Assembly (NCBI GenBank): GCA_010909165.1
Contig: VJWM01000025.1
Coordinates: 2,728,001-2,792,000 of the forward strand
Direction: 5' to 3'
DNA from: Anthoceros angustus
Lineage: Eukaryota > Plantae > Anthocerotophyta
Length of the DNA: 64,000 nt
Part shown: positions 45,901 to 60,458 of the stretch, one piece after another
Layout: each line of letters begins with the position of its first letter
Numbering within the stretch: the first letter of the stretch is position 1
Notes under the pieces: model-generated
What the model was told of the DNA's origin: nothing
Database searches by the model: none
The model's input: the letters and a program-made list of their open reading frames with translations, nothing else
Made by a program: the position numbers and the translations under genes

Positions 45901-46466
45901 TGATCCCAAGGCATCTCGGCATGTTTTGTGGTACTCGGAGGAGGTGAAGGGCTACAAGTTGTTTAACCCGTCACCCGTCGGCTCACTTTATCAAGGGCGT
46001 GGTTTTCCACGGTCTCTTCTTCGTCATCTTCTGCTTTGCTTCGGATGCGACTCCTGTTTCTTCTTCCATCCATGGCATAGAAGATGGGTTCTTGTTAATC
46101 TTGATGAGGTCGGTTTCTTTGACGAGGATGCTTCTCCTTCTCGGAAATAAGGAACCAATTTGACTTAGATTATAATGATGGTGAAGATGAAAAGGCTTGA
46201 CATGATGGACATTTCAACATCTCCACCACCACCGGCAGGCCCTTGTGATGATAGTGAACTCTCGGGTATTCCCATCTGGACTCTTATAGTTGAGCCTGTT
46301 GTCACCTCCATCGTAGAGCCCAGAATCTGACTCGGTCCCTCCTCCTCGTCGTTCCACTCGTAGTCGACCCTGCAAGTGGAAAGAGCCCCTTATTACGCAT
46401 ATAGTCATGTGGGTGATTTTCTAAACCAAGTGGTCACAAAGAGGCCACATTTACCCTCTTTATCGT
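43000..46466 (+). mobile_element. Ty1/Copia 5' half (LTR 43000-43225, PBS, gag, PR, INT), copy 2
   Basis: PBS tggtatcgagcc at 43226; longest intact gag ORF 43898-44377 (DRFKGTDYNIWAMRLTQIFEENELLTIVDG...ADVWKVFQSIY...FFNLRM...YINKF); INT VHSDICGPM at about 45385. Confidence 0.9.
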
Positions 46467-47395
46467 TGTAGACTTGAGATTCGTACCCAAGGGAGTGATT
46501 TCGTGTCAAGACAACCAAAACATAGCCAATCCAACCAACACAGACACGTCAAACATCTAGCGATTCTGAGACGGACTACTACCTAACAACACTCGGACAC
46601 TGTGGCTATCTTAGCCACGCGACCTGATGTCACCGGCGGTGACCCGGTTGCTAACTTAGCAACGCCTCTATTCTAGCGGAGGGTCCACCTTGGGATCAGT
46701 CGGCTATTAATAGGGGGTGGGTCCCGGTCGGGATCCAAGTGGATAAGGCGATCTCTCCCCTCTCTCTCTCTCTCTTATTCATCCACAAAGTTAGATCCAC
46801 CAATCGGATTCACCGCTCCCTCTTTTTCCCTCACTCTTGCGGCATTTCTTGAGACTTCCTTGCCCTCGTCCGTCAGCTCACCTTCCAGCTCCACGGACCC
46901 TTCCGAGCTCTCACGGTCCTTGGGGTGCCTCTCAGCCCTCCACACTCCAAGTTTCCCCAGCTCTCTTCAACTCCTTGTTCTCACCTCACACCCATTCAAT
47001 CACTTCCAGCTCTCTTCAACTCCTTGTTCTCACCTCAGCCCATTCAATCACACTCTCGGCTCCTCTCCAGCCCTTACAAGGTTCTCATCCAGACCTTACA
47101 GCCCTTCACCAACTCTCAAAATACTTGTTCGGCTACCCCCCAATCATTCCATCTCATCCACTCACGGATCTTCAACCTCCACTCACACTCTCTTCCAACA
47201 CAAACATCACTTACAGACTTCTCCAGTCCTTCTTACCTCTCAAACAGTGATCAGCAACTCCATGTCCATTCTCCACTTCTCTCACAGTTCACTTTTCCCT
47301 CTCATTTTCCAAACACCAAACCTCCAACACGAAAACTCAAAGGTGAGTACTAGACTAGGCTGAAGGGAGGAAGAGTGCAGCCTCCCGGCTTCACA
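46467..47395 (-). repeat. Gypsy 3' LTR, copy 2a
   Basis: atcgt|TGTAGAC start, TTCACA end, PPT follows; internal ~50 bp tandem duplication near 46955-47050. Confidence 0.83.
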
Positions 47396-47509
47396 CCCCT
47401 TCCTCTTGACCTTGAAACTCCCTCAAGGAGACCTCAAGGCTCCCTCCTTGCTTTCCACCACCCTTGCGGATCGCCACGGATCTAGGCAACAGGTCTTCTT
47501 GGCTTCTCT

Positions 47510-48254
47510 CTTTCTTGGACTCACCGTGGGTATTAGGCGAAGCTTTGATGGCCGTCAACTATGTACGAGAATCGGCTGCCGACAAAGGAGCTTGGCACCA
47601 TGACCCCTTTTGAAAGATGGACGGGCAAGAAGCCCGAGTTCGACACCTATGAATTTTGTTATGCTCTCGTCCCTCCGGCATTGCGTTCAAGCTTGATCCC
47701 AAGGCATCTCGGCATGTTTTGTGGTACTCGGAGGAGGTGAAGGGCTACAAGTTGTTTAACCTCACCCGTCGACTCACTTTATCAAGGGCGTGGTTTTCCA
47801 CGAGTGCTCATCTTTCTTGCTTCGGATGCGACTCTGTTTCTTCTTCCATCCATGGCATAGAATCGAGTTCTTGTTAATCTTGATGAGGTCGGTTTCTTTG
47901 TGACGAGGATGCTTCTCCTTCTCGAAATAAGGAACCAATTTCAGCTTGATTATAATGATGGTGAAGATGAAAAGGCTTGACATGATGGACATTTCAACAT
48001 CTCCACCACCACCACCAGGCCCTTGTGATGATAGTGAACTCTCGGGTATTCCCCATGCGGACTCTTATTCGAGTTGAGCTGTTGTCACCTCCATCGTAGG
48101 CCGAATCGGACTCGGTCCCTCCTCCTCGTCGTTCCACTCGCATCCGTCGACCTATGCACAGTGGAAAGAGCCCCTTATTACGCACATATAGTCATGTGGA
48201 GTGATTTTCTAAACCAAGTGGTCACAAAGAGGCCACATTTACCCTCTTTATCGT
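47510..48254 (+). mobile_element. Re-duplicated Copia post-integrase segment between two Gypsy LTRs
   Basis: Repeats 45705-46466 (ttcttggactcaccgtgggtatt...ccctctttatcgt). Confidence 0.85.
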
Positions 48255-49133
48255 TGTAGACTTGAGATTCGTACCCAAGGAGTGATTTCGTGTCAAGACA
48301 ACCAAAACATAGCCAATCCAACCAAACACGGACACAAACATCTAGCGATTCTGAGACGGCTACCTAACAACTCGGACACTGTGGCTATCTTAGCCACGCG
48401 ACCTGATGCTACCCGGCGGGCGGCCCGGTTGCTAACTTAGCAACCCTCTATTCTAGCGGAGGGTCCACCTTGGGATCAGTCGGCTATTAATAGAAGGTGG
48501 GTCCCAGTCGGGATCCAAGTGGATAAGGATCTCTCTCTCTCTCTCTCTCTTATTCATCCACAAAGTTAGATCCACCAATCGGATTCTGCTCTCATAACTC
48601 TCCTCCCTCACTCTTGCGGCATTTCTTGAGACTTCCTTGCCCTCGTCCAGCCTTTCAGCTCACCTTCCAGCTCCAGACCTTCCGAGCTCTCACGGTCCCT
48701 TGGGGTGCCTCTTGACCCCTCCCCACTCTCAAGTTTCCCCAGCTCTTCAACTCCTTGTTCTCCTCATTCAATCACTTCCCGGCTCACTCTCCAGTCCTTA
48801 CAAGGTTCTCATCCAGACCTTACAGCCCTTCACCAACTCTCAAAATACTTGTTCTCCCATAATCATTCCATCTCATCCACTCACGGATCTTCAACCTCCA
48901 CTCACACTCTCTTCTTGACCTTCAACATCACTTACAGACTTCTCCAGTCCTTCTTACTCCTCTCAAACAGCCAATCAGCAACTCTCCATGTCCGGCATTC
49001 TCCACTTCTCTCACAGTTCACTTTTCCCTCTCATTTTCCAAACACCAAACCTCCACACACGAAAACTCAAACACAAGGTGAGTACTAGACAAGCAGAGAA
49101 TGAGGAAAAGGAGGCTGACCTCCCGGCTTCACA
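48255..49133 (-). repeat. Gypsy 3' LTR, copy 2b
   Basis: atcgt|TGTAGAC start, TTCACA end at 49133, PPT acccctt cctctt follows. Confidence 0.83.
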
Positions 49134-52100
49134 ACCCCTTCCTCTTGACCTTGAGGACTCCCTCCAAGGAGACCTCAAGGCTCCCTCCTTGCTTTCCACC
49201 ACTCTTGCGGATCGGCCACGGATCTAGGCAACAGTGGTCTTCTTGGCTCCACAGCAAAGCGGTGTCTAGACTTACGACCTTGGATCTGGTACTCCCAAAC
49301 CCCGTGCTCAAACACCAAGACCTTAACCAACATTGCTTACATTTCATCAAGAGGGTGCCTCTTATACCCAAGATCACCACAAAGCGGCTTGGCTTGCCAA
49401 AAATACCAATCGGTCTTAGCCTACCAATCCAATCCTGTCTATCAATTCATCCACTATGAGAGAGGATAAGATTTACGATCTATAACACATGGGCCTTTAG
49501 CTATTTGAGGCCACTTACCCTATTACCTCTCCAGGCCTCCTAGGCCTAGCCCCATGTTCTCCTCTTGCTCTCCTCCCTCTTGGCTGGTTGGGCAATCTCT
49601 CCCATAAAATCTCTACCTCCTCATGGACTCCTCTCTCTCTTGTGCTCGCCGCATGATGCAGTACTCCTCCTCGGTGAGCTCTTGAATCACATTGGGTCGG
49701 TGAGAGTTTCCTCCTTAAGAATCCAACCCATAGGTAGGATCCGGTGCGTCAAGGCATGGATCAAGTACCTCCATGTCCACATGCCCACAACAACATAAAC
49801 TTTCGGAGACAATCTTCTCTCCGGCCAAGGAGAATCCGGGCACATGGTTATCTTGATAAGCATCCCTCAATCTAATGCACCATTGGGAAGTTAGACTTCT
49901 TAGGCGGTGCTTACCGCTCCCCCAGCTGTTTATCCTCCTCACGGTCTTGTTGCCCCTTCTTCCTTGTTGTAGCTCTGGTCTTGGAGCTGTTGCTCCCTTA
50001 GCAGTGCAGGGTTTTCCTTAGCGGCTTGGCGGTTGCTTGCAACCTCCTCGGGCCAACTCGGCCTTTCTTCCATGGAGGCTCCGCATCTTCCACGGTGGCT
50101 CTCCTTGCAATCACAGCCCTCTTGGCCTCTTTCCAACCTTTCCTTGCCTCGTCCCTTTTCCTCGCCCGGTCATCCAGTTTCGGCTGAACTTGCGCATCGA
50201 GATGACATTCTGCGGCTCCCCTATGGTGCTTTGTGCGTCGAGGCCATGAGGTTTCACGATCCTTGGTCTTCTGCAACTCTTCTCGGACCTTCTTAATTCC
50301 GCTTCCATGCTACCTAGGCGTCCCTCAAGACCTCCTTCTCTGCTTCATTCCACGGAGCTCCTTGTGCTCTCCTGTTGTTCCCCTTTGTAAACCTAACAAA
50401 GAGGACGAGCTATCGGTCCTCCATCTCACCTAGTGCGTGCCATGCGAGAGCTCTTGAATCTGGATGGGTCGGTGAGAGTTTCCTCCTTAAGAATCCAACC
50501 CATAGGTAGGATCCGGTGCGTCAAGGCATGGATCAAGTACCTCCATGTCCCCCATGCCCCAACAACATAAACTTTCGGAGACAATCTTCTCTCCGGCCAA
50601 GGAGAATCCGGGCACATGGTTATCTTGATAAGCATCCCTCAATCTAATGCACCATTGGGAAGTTAGACTTCTTAGGGTGCTTACCGCTCCCCACAGCTGT
50701 TTATCCTCCTCACAGTGTATTCTTCCTTGTTGTAGCTCTGGTCTTGGAGCTGTTGCTCCCTTAGCAGTGCAGGAGTGCTTCCTTAGCGGCCCGGTTGCTT
50801 GTAGCAACCTCCTCTGTTGCCAACTCGACAGATTCTTCCATGGAGGCTCGCATCTTCCACGGTGGCTCTCCTTGCAATCACAGCCCTCTTGGCCTCTTTC
50901 CAACCTTTCCTTGCCTCGTCCCTCTCCTTCTTGTAGCGCCCAGTAGTATCCAGTTTCGGCTGAACTTGCGCATCGAGATGACGTGCGGCTCCCCTATGGT
51001 GCTTTGTGCGTCAGGCTGAACCATGAGGGTTTGATCCTTGGTCTTCTGCAACTCTTCTCGGACCTTCCTTTAATTCCGCTTCCATGCTACCTAGGCGTCC
51101 CTCAAGACCTCCTTCTCCCTTCATTCCACGGAGCTCCTTGTTGCTCTCCCCTGTTCCCCTGCGCTGTAAACCTAACAAAGAGGACGAGCTATCGGTCCTC
51201 CATCTCACCTAGTGCCATGGTGAGACCGGCTCTTGCGGGTGATGTTAGGCCCCAAACCTTCAGGGATGGGTTCCCTCCTTCCTATCTGGCAGCTCTCCCT
51301 GCGACCACTTGGGGTATGCTTTGAGCAGTGGTCTCGGATCGGCTCGGCGTGCCCAAGGTTGGGCGATTCCTCTGTTGACTTGCTTCCGGCCACGGGCTCC
51401 TGAGCCAGTGCTGCTCTGGCCTTTCCTTTATCCTGCTTCTGTCCAGGTGAGTTCCTAGTGCGTGCTCTTGTGGCTCTAGGAGTGGTTGGAGTCCCCTGTT
51501 GCTCAGCCCGACCTCTCTTGGTGCCTGTTGGGGTCTTGGCAACTCCAGCTGCTTTGTTAGCCACCGCGGTTGATGCCTTAGCAACTGCCACATTCCTCTT
51601 CATGGATACTTCAGACTTCTCATCTTCACTCCCAGTGCCACTGGAGATGACCTCTTCCTCTGACTCCTCTTTGGGCTTCCTTCTTTCAAACACGGCCTCC
51701 GGGCATGGAAGGTGAGACCATCTCTATCCCCTCCAACTTGGCATGGTCAAAATGTGGATTAAGAAGGAGATGAGGTGAGGGCTGGGTGATGGTAGGGTCA
51801 AGTGGTCCCTCTCCACGCATCTTGTGTCATAGAACATCCTAGCCCAATCTATCTTGGACCCTCTCACCACCTCATAGAAAGACAAGAAATGGTCGACAAT
51901 GTGCTCTAGCTTCTTAGTGAGTGAGAGCAGGATCCACTGGCTAATCCGGCCCTCGGGGTCTAATTTGTTGGTGACCCAGCCATTCTCCACCCTAGACAAT
52001 GTGGGAGCAATGGCGCTTGTGCCTCCTGCGACTTTTGGGGATGGCTACGAAAGGATCAATGATTATTCCCCACTTTCCTCTTGGCCTCTCATAGGCGGAC

Positions 52101-55100
52101 GGAACTGAATATTCAGTGCGGGGTTGGTTCTCGTGTTGCCTTCCCACAGCCTTCTCCCTCATGTGTCTGCACATTCCAACCAATTGCAGGCTCTTGTAGC
52201 ACCACTTTTTGTCCATGAAGGACAAGTGATGCTTAGCCACCAAGACCCTTCACTCTCCGATTGCCCCATGTTGGGCCATTGAGCGATGTAATGGCCTCAA
52301 TGGCCACGGAGTGGTCTTCTTAGGCCATTAATGTCGGCTCCTGGGCCGACTTCCACGAAATTTCCGCTTAGCTCCGGCTTGTTTTGTGAGAATTCCCCTG
52401 GGCTGCTTCTTTTCGGCTTCCAACTCCACGATGGCAAGGGTGTCTGCAGATTCACTCCGGCACTTTGGGAAGCCGTCACGGACCACGAATTTATTGATTC
52501 ACCCTATCTTCGGCCCGTTTTACGTGTCGGCTTGACACCCGGCACCCCAGGTGAAACCCCACACGATCCTTTGGCATCACGCGCCGCTCAAGCGATCCGC
52601 CTTTCCTCCTCAATTGTCACGAGGTCCGGAAAAGTGTATCCACCTGCAGTGGTTGAGCGGTGACCCCTCACAGTGCTCGCCTCCCCCTTAATCCGCTCCC
52701 TTAGGTGCGTGCAATTACCCCTCTTGCACCCCCTTCCTTGGCAATTCCTCGGCCCCCTCACTTCGCCCTACTCTTCTCGATCCCTTTACAGTACGGCCAG
52801 CGCGCGCCTTGACCTTCTCCAGCTACGGCCCGATTATTCCCCCACACGCGATTTTGATCGCCGGCTGTTGCTCCGATTGCCCCATGTTGGGCCATTGAGC
52901 AGTGTAATGGCCTCAATGGCCACGGAGTGGTCTTCTTAGGGGCCATTCTGTCAGTCTCCTGCACTTCCACAAATTTCCGCTTAGCTCCGGCTTGCGAGAT
53001 CCACAAACTTGCCCGGCTTCAACTCCACGATGGCAAGGGTGTCACTGATTCCTCGCTTGGGAACCGTCCTCGGACCACAATTTATTTTCACCTATCTTCG
53101 GCCCGTTTTACGTGTCGGCACCGGCACCCTACGGGTGACCACACGATCACCTCCATGCCCTGCCGCTCAAGCCTCACGCCTTTCCTCCTCAAATATGAGG
53201 TGGGGGTATCCACGCAACCGTGGTTGGTGACCCCACAGTGCGCTCCGCCCTTAATCCGCTCCCTTAGTGCGTGCCGAGTCGCACCTACCTGCACCGCTTC
53301 CCCTTCTGCGGCATTCCTCGGCCCCCTCACTTCACGCCCTCTCTTCGACTTTTCTGCGGCGCACACGCCCGGCCTTCTCCGGGCTGCCGGCCCGATTATT
53401 CCCCACTCCTGTTGGATTTCTGATGCCGTTGCTCGATTCTTCCGCCCGCGCCCTGGGCTCCTCCACAGTCTTCGTTCGCCGCCTCGCTCCTCTCTGCCCA
53501 GCCTTGGATCTGCCTCGGCCTCCTGCCTTTCCTCTGCCCCGCGCCGCCGGACTGCCATTCCACCGATTGGCCTCTCTTACGAGTGCGCTCGTCAGCTGCT
53601 CGCCGTGACTCATGCGGCGCGCTCCTCCCTCCCTCCACGGTCACGCTCGAGCTTGAGGTGTGGCGCCGCCTTTCACGCAATATTCCTTGTCCTTCATGCG
53701 GAAATTGTAGGACCCCGTTACTTCCGTTGGGTATTTCCAATGATTTCCTCAATTAGGTTTTCGGTTATCGGAAAATAACTCCAACTTGGTTGCTACCATA
53801 GCGAGCTCCGTCGGTTCTTTGTCATAGCAGTCCACATGTGCCCTAGCATCGCGTTAACAACGGTCGCAGCCAACCCTCAAGGTTACATCCGGGATCGGGA
53901 CTAGACTCTCTTCCTCCTACTAGGCTCTAGTAGACTTTTCTTATTTCCTAACCTACTTCACATCCAACTCCACGATTCTCACAACTTAAACACAAAACAA
54001 AAAAACACTCCTTTTTTAGGGGGTCCAGTACCCATGTGGTCACCACATACTCCCTTCTCATTTGTTGGCGTCCCGCCAACTTATTAATAATACTTCTTCG
54101 CGCCACAGGTTGTAGCGAATCCATCAAGTTCTTTTTGTATGGATCCATTGTCGAACACTTACACCACAGGGACCCATCCATCTAAGATGCGACTTCGAAG
54201 TGCATGTACTGTTGTCATCTGTGCCAAGTCCCGGAACAACGTACTCTTGTTTTTGCGACTTAGGTCATGCCATTCCTTCCTCTTCTCTTGGGGTTACGTG
54301 GGCTGCCAAGGCTTGTTCCTACTCTCCATGTCTGAACAAAGCCTATGAGCCTCTCCAATGGCTCTCCTCCACCGTCATCCTCTTATGCTCTTGGACTCTC
54401 AGCGTTGGCACTTCAAACTCAATGGGCATGGTGGTGAGTGCCCATAGGTGAGGTAGTAGGGAGTCATTGTGTGGTCACCTTCTCCATGTCCTATCCCCCT
54501 GGCAGTGAAGCTTCGGTCCCAATCGTAGGTGTAAGTGATGGTTAACTTGTTGAGGATCTGCAAAGCAACCCATTAGCTTTCTCCGTGAGTCCATTCGCCT
54601 TGGGGTTGTAGGGGTGGTCTTCCTGGGCTGATGTTGAAATACTTCACCATGTGTGAGATCACCTCGTTGATGAAATGGGTACCCACAGCCGCTAACCAAC
54701 TCCAGCACCGTACCTTGTGATGATATGCTCAAACAAGAACAGCCACCACATTTGCTGTCCACCAAGGCTTGAGCTTCCACCATGCGAGTGCAGTGGTCCG
54801 TTGCTACCGAATATATTGATTACGGCTCCCCTTGGTCTTGGGGTTGAATCGGTGAAGTCAATCCCCACTTCTCAAAGGCGCCAAGGCTAGGATAGGGACC
54901 AATGGCCCGTGTGGTCTGGTTGGCTTCAACCCTTTGACATGCATCACACGCTTGATGAACTCCCTAGCATCTATGCAAGGTTGGCCACCAATACCACCTC
55001 CAAGATCTTCTTACAGTCACGTTGGTGGCGTAGTGACCTCCGGCCTCCTCCTCATGCAAGGCGAGAACCCCGGTCCTTTTGACCATCCTTGACCCACAAC

Positions 55101-58100
55101 CTCTCAACTCCATCGGCCCTACCATGCGCTTGTCCCGCGCTTAACAGCAGTGCGGAAGTATAGGAACAACCTCATTCTTTGTTGTACAGATGCGTGTCGA
55201 GTTGCTTGCGAAAGACCTCCTCATAGGTGGCACAAAACTTCTCCCTCCCTTCTCATTTGGTCTGTACCTCCGTTTCCGATCAACTTGGCATTGGGCCTAG
55301 CACTCTCCTCATCCTCCTCCGGAAAAGCTTCATCCGGAAAATGATCTTCTTGATCACGCTCCACCTTCTCGTCTTCAAGCGAGACAAGTAGTCGGCATTC
55401 ACATGCTTCTTCCCCTCACGTGTCTCCACCGTGAAGGTGAACTCTTACAGCGTAAGATCCAGCGAGCTATCACGGCCGGATCCGCCTTGTTGACAAGATG
55501 CTTGAGAGCAAAATGGTCAACATGGAACACAAACTCATAGGAGAGGAGATAATGGAAACTTTCTTCGAATACACCATGCAAGGGCTTCCCTTTCGATTGT
55601 TGTGTACTTGCGCTCCGCATCGGTGAGTTGCCGTCGCGTAGTAGATTGGGTAGTCTCTCTTCTTGTCATCCGGCTCAAGGTACAACCAATGGCGGAAACA
55701 TCCACGTACATGGAACTTCTTGCTCCAATCCGGTCCCTTGAGGGTTGTACCAACGTGGTCCTCAAATCTTGAAATCTGCCTCCTCTCAGGTCCTCTTCTT
55801 ATTGTCCGGCTCAAGGCGTACCAATGGCGGAAACATCCACGTAAAATGGAACTTCTTGCTCCAATCCGGTCCCTTGAGGGTTGGTACCAACGTGGTCCTC
55901 AAATCTTGAAATCTGCCTCCCTCTCTGTCGGTCCACTCTTGGTCCTTCCTCAACAAGCTGGTCGGTGCCCTCCCCAAAGTTAGGCACAAAGCGTCGTAGC
56001 CCACCATGCCAAGGAACCCCGGAGTTCCTTGAGAGTTGTTAGCTTCGGGCAACAATCATCTTCACCTTATGCGGATCAACTTGATGCCCGTGCAAATTTG
56101 CGTCCCCCAAAATCCCTCCCGCATGCCAAAGTAGCATTTCTCGGGATGTAGGCAAAGTTGAGTTTCACGACACCTCGCCAAACCGCGCAAGTGATCCGGT
56201 GCTCCTCCACACTCCCAAACACACAAAATCATCTAGGAATACCTCCATGAACTTGTGGAGATACTCCTTGAAGATCTCAACCATGCTCGCATGAAGGAAC
56301 AGGCGCTCGTCAATCCGACGCACTCCTCTTGTAGCGAAGGTCCCCAATCCGTTGTGAAGGCTGTTAGAGGGGGTCACTCTCCCTCAAGTGCGTGATTGTA
56401 CCCAGTGCAGTCAAGAGCAGTACACATCTTCCGACCACCAAATCCGGGATGTTGTCGATGAATGGCGGGAAATGGTCCTTCTTGGTTGCTTTGTTGAGCT
56501 TCCTCCGGTCTTGGCATACTCGAATCTTTCCGGTGCTTCTTGAACCACAACGATCGGAGCCACCCACTCCGTGTTCGATTGGATAGATGACGTTCGCCTT
56601 CAAGTACAATTCAAGCTGCTCCTTCACCTTGAGTACTTTGGGTTCAGCTTGTATTGGGAATTCGCCGGGAGTCGCTCACGGCTCCAAATCGATCCTATGC
56701 TCCCCACTTCTTGGGAATCCCTTCATATCATCACCTCGAAGGCAAACACGTCGATGAACTCGGTTTTTTCCTTCTTCCAACGCTGGTTCCGGTCGTGCAA
56801 ACTTCAGCACCTTCGGGCAATACCTCCACATCCTTAATCTCGTCCGCTTGTACCCATTCTCGCTCCACGGGTCTTGAACTCTCACCAAACCCTTCCTCCG
56901 GTTCACGAGGTCCTCTTCCCTCATCCCCACTCCCTAAATAGGTCCTCGAGGTGAATCGAATGATCCTGGCTCACCCTCGTCTGTTGTCCTCGATCCTTCC
57001 TTAGCAACCTCGAGAATCGGTTGTTGCTTAACTTTTTATATGATGCTTCCTTAGCAGCGGTTCTTTGGCTCTCCTTGATGCGGTCCTCCATGAACCCAGC
57101 GTCCACCAAATTGAGGGAGTAAGGGATATCCCTCCTATACTCTTCCTCCTCATCGACCATGCGATATGTGCAAAAGGAAATTTGTCCAGTTCCTCCTTCT
57201 TCCTCCGGTCGGATGTTTCTCCAGGATGTGTATCCTTCCGTTCTTTGTAGGAGTCTCCCCACGTGGTATCCTGCTCCAACTCAAACAAATTCGGCCTCCT
57301 TCGTCTTGGGGTCCCAATCCATTGGCTTAAAAGCCACTTCCTTCCTCCCCAAGTCATCTTGCATCTTGAGCCATCTGACGGTCCTTCCCAATAGGATGTC
57401 GTACCTGCGCCTTGTCTTGGATAACCACATAGTCCATGAGATAGGAATGGTCCCTATGATGGTGGTTACTCCTTGATTCTCCACAGTGCATTTTTGACAT
57501 GTCGGTAATCTCGCCTTGTGGTATGCTCAATGTCAACCCAAGCTTCCTTGCTATTGCTTCCGTCATGATGTTCACCCGGATCCGGTATCCGGGGAACCGC
57601 TTGATGGTGACCGATCTCACTTGCGGCTCGGCCTTGGTCTATCATGGACACTAGGTTGTTGTAGAGTCAGCACCCTTGGTCTGGCTTGGGCAATCGCCTC
57701 TTCCTCTTGGTTGCGCTTCTTGCAAGGCCCTCCGAACTTGTTGCACTGCCGGGTTGTCCTTCAATAGTTGACCAAGCGTGATAGCAAAGCTGCGATCCAT
57801 GATGGCTTGGCAAGGTTAAATGGTCCTCGATCGGTCCCTCCTTCTTCCCGATCGCGGTTGCTCCCTTAGCGTCGGCGGTTGCTTGCTGCGGCCGCCTTAG
57901 CAGCGGTTGCTAACCGGAGGACTTCTGCGTCTCGAGGATCACGAGCTCGGTTTTTGTCTTGGTCAATTCCTCCTCTATCATCTCCATGACTTCCGGCGCG
58001 TCCGGTGGAAACTCGGGTTCCTCTCCCTTTTCTTGGAACTTCTTTTCTCGGCATGGCCCCAGGCGATTCACTCCTTGATTCTTCCTTCTCGGGGTTCTCC

Positions 58101-60458
58101 TTCTCAAGTGTCTCCTCTAGATCCGTTCCCTCCGGGCTTGGAGTGCTCTCTTGGACTTTGTGGTGATTCCACCTCCGTCTCTTTCTTCTTCCGCAGCTTC
58201 CTCCTAGCAAAGTTAGGCACAAAGCGTCGTAGTAGCCCACCATGCCAAGGAACCCCGGAGTTCCTTGAGAGTTGTTAGCTTCGGGCAACAATCATCTTCA
58301 CCTTATGCGGATCAACTTGATGCCCGTCTTTGAGTGCTAACAAAATCCCTCCCGCATGCCAAAGTAGCATTTCTCGGGATGTAGGCAAAGTTGAGTTTCA
58401 CGCCACCGCCGCAAGTGATCCGGTGCTCCTCCACACTCCCAAACACACAAAATCATCTAGGAATACCTCCATGAACTTGTGGAGATACTCCTTGAAGATC
58501 TCAACCATGCTCGCATGAAGGAACCGGGCGCTCCGTCAATCGAGCACTCCTCTTGTGAAGGTCCCAATCCGTTGTGAAGGCTGTTAGAGGCAGTCACTCT
58601 CCCTCAAGTGCGTGATTGTACCAGTACCGTCAAGAGCAGTACACACATCTTCCACCACCAAATCCGATGTTGTCGATGAATGGCGGGAAATGGTCCTTCT
58701 TGGTTGCTTTGTTGAGCTTCCTCCGGTCTTGGCATACTCGAATCTTTCCGGTGCTTCTTGAACCACAACGATCGGAGCCACCCACTCCGTGTTGACGATT
58801 GGATAGATGGCGTCGCCTTCAAGTACAATTCTGCTCCTTCACCTTGATGAGTACTTTGGGTTCAGCTTGTATTGGGGGTCGCCGCGGAGTCGCTCACGGC
58901 TCCAAATCGATCCTATGCTCCCCACTTCTTGGGAATCCCTTCATATCATCACCTCGAAGGCAAACACGTCGATGAACTCGGCAGGGCTTTCATTCCTAGT
59001 GCGCCTGACCATGGCTGACCTCTCCGTAGTAGTCTCCTCCTGCCCCCAGTCCATCTAGCTCCCGCACCATGGCTTCCGCATCCTCCCCAAAGCGACCATA
59101 AGGGCATCCTCCACGTGCATTGCCACGGCTCCTTGGGATGCTTTGCTGAACCCATCACGGTGGTTGAGCAATTGAAAGTCTTCCTCGGTTTGGGCAAGTG
59201 ACACTCCCGCTACATGACCACATTGTTTGCGGTCTTGCACCGTTCGTAGTCACCATTGGCTGTCTTGTTGGCGATGAGCTATTTGCATAATGACCAAAGC
59301 CCCTACGGTTGTAGTGAACCGCACCGTTGCTTGGTTAGCAACCACAGGCACTTAGTTTATTCTGAATACGGCCCCATGGAATTTCGCATCGATGGATGGG
59401 CGGTCTTGAATCTTGTTGTCCACAAACCTCACGGATCGGTAGGTATCCTCCAGCGATCCTCTTCCTCCTCCTCGTGGCGAGCATGTGCACCTTGGCCACA
59501 TGAGTTGGACTTAGTGGCTGGCTGGCCACAAGTGGAACAAAGCAGTTAGCGAGCCTTTGGATGCGCTCTCCTCTTCTCATGCTCCTTCACAGCGTTGAGG
59601 TGAAACTTCTCGAATTTGCTCATCATTTCCTCCATCTTCATTTCTTCTTTGCACCTTCTTATTGCGGCTTCAGCCTCCTCTTGACTTGTTCCACTTCCTT
59701 CTTAGCACTAGCGACCTCTTGTTTAGCCACAGCCAGCTCCCTTGATCCTCGAGCCTCTGGTTTCTTCTTCTGGCCTTCCTTCTTCTTCTTCCTCCGTCTC
59801 TGAGGATTCTTCCTCCGTCTTTGCCATCCTCAGGAAGAGTCCTCCGAATCTGAGTCTTGAGGAGTCACTCTCCTGAAGTTTCCTCCTCCGGCCGACGAAG
59901 ATCCCTTGTCCTTCTTCCCTCGCTTGGACTTCTTCTTCTTGCTCTTTTCCTTCTTGTGCTTCTTCTTGTCCAAGGAGTTGGATTCTTCGTAGTTGAGTGC
60001 CGCCTTGATGGCCTTGTCTCGTCTTTCTCCGCTTGCGACCTCACATGTCGGCCCATCTGGGATCTAACCCCTTAGCAAACCACCGAATGGCACATCGTCG
60101 AGTGAGGACCACTACGATCACGCAAGTTAAGAAACCTCTCAACATAAGCTTGCAAGGTCTCCTTCCTTCTTCTCCTCAAAACTCCAACTTTGACAACACG
60201 TAGCCTTCTACATCTATTCCAGAACCTCTCACAAAAGGCTTTCTTGATTCGTTGAAGGTTCTTTGAGTCTTGATGCCTTGAGGTACTCCCTCTTGTACCA
60301 CTTGGCGGGCCCTCCGAAGAACTCCGTAGAAGAGTGAATCGCTGCAGATCCCAGTTCACGATTTGCAATGGTTAGTTGCTCAAAGCGTTCAACAAACAAA
60401 TGCGGATCTTCATACCCCTTCTTCTCTCCATACGGTGGGTATGGGCTGCTTGGTAGTT
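49134..60458 (-). mobile_element. Ty3/Gypsy internal region, copy 2, with local duplications
   Basis: Extra ORF about 49500-52900; INT about 54450-54960; RH about 55400-55760; RT about 56050-56620; PR about 57480-57600; second RT block about 58210-58985; gag about 59000-60458. Confidence 0.9.

Noticed and set aside
46467-49133. Independent small non-autonomous LTR element (TRIM/LARD-like)
   Set aside because: The internal part is a copy of adjacent Copia sequence, there is no PBS, and both LTRs have the same left flank, so it is a segmental duplication.
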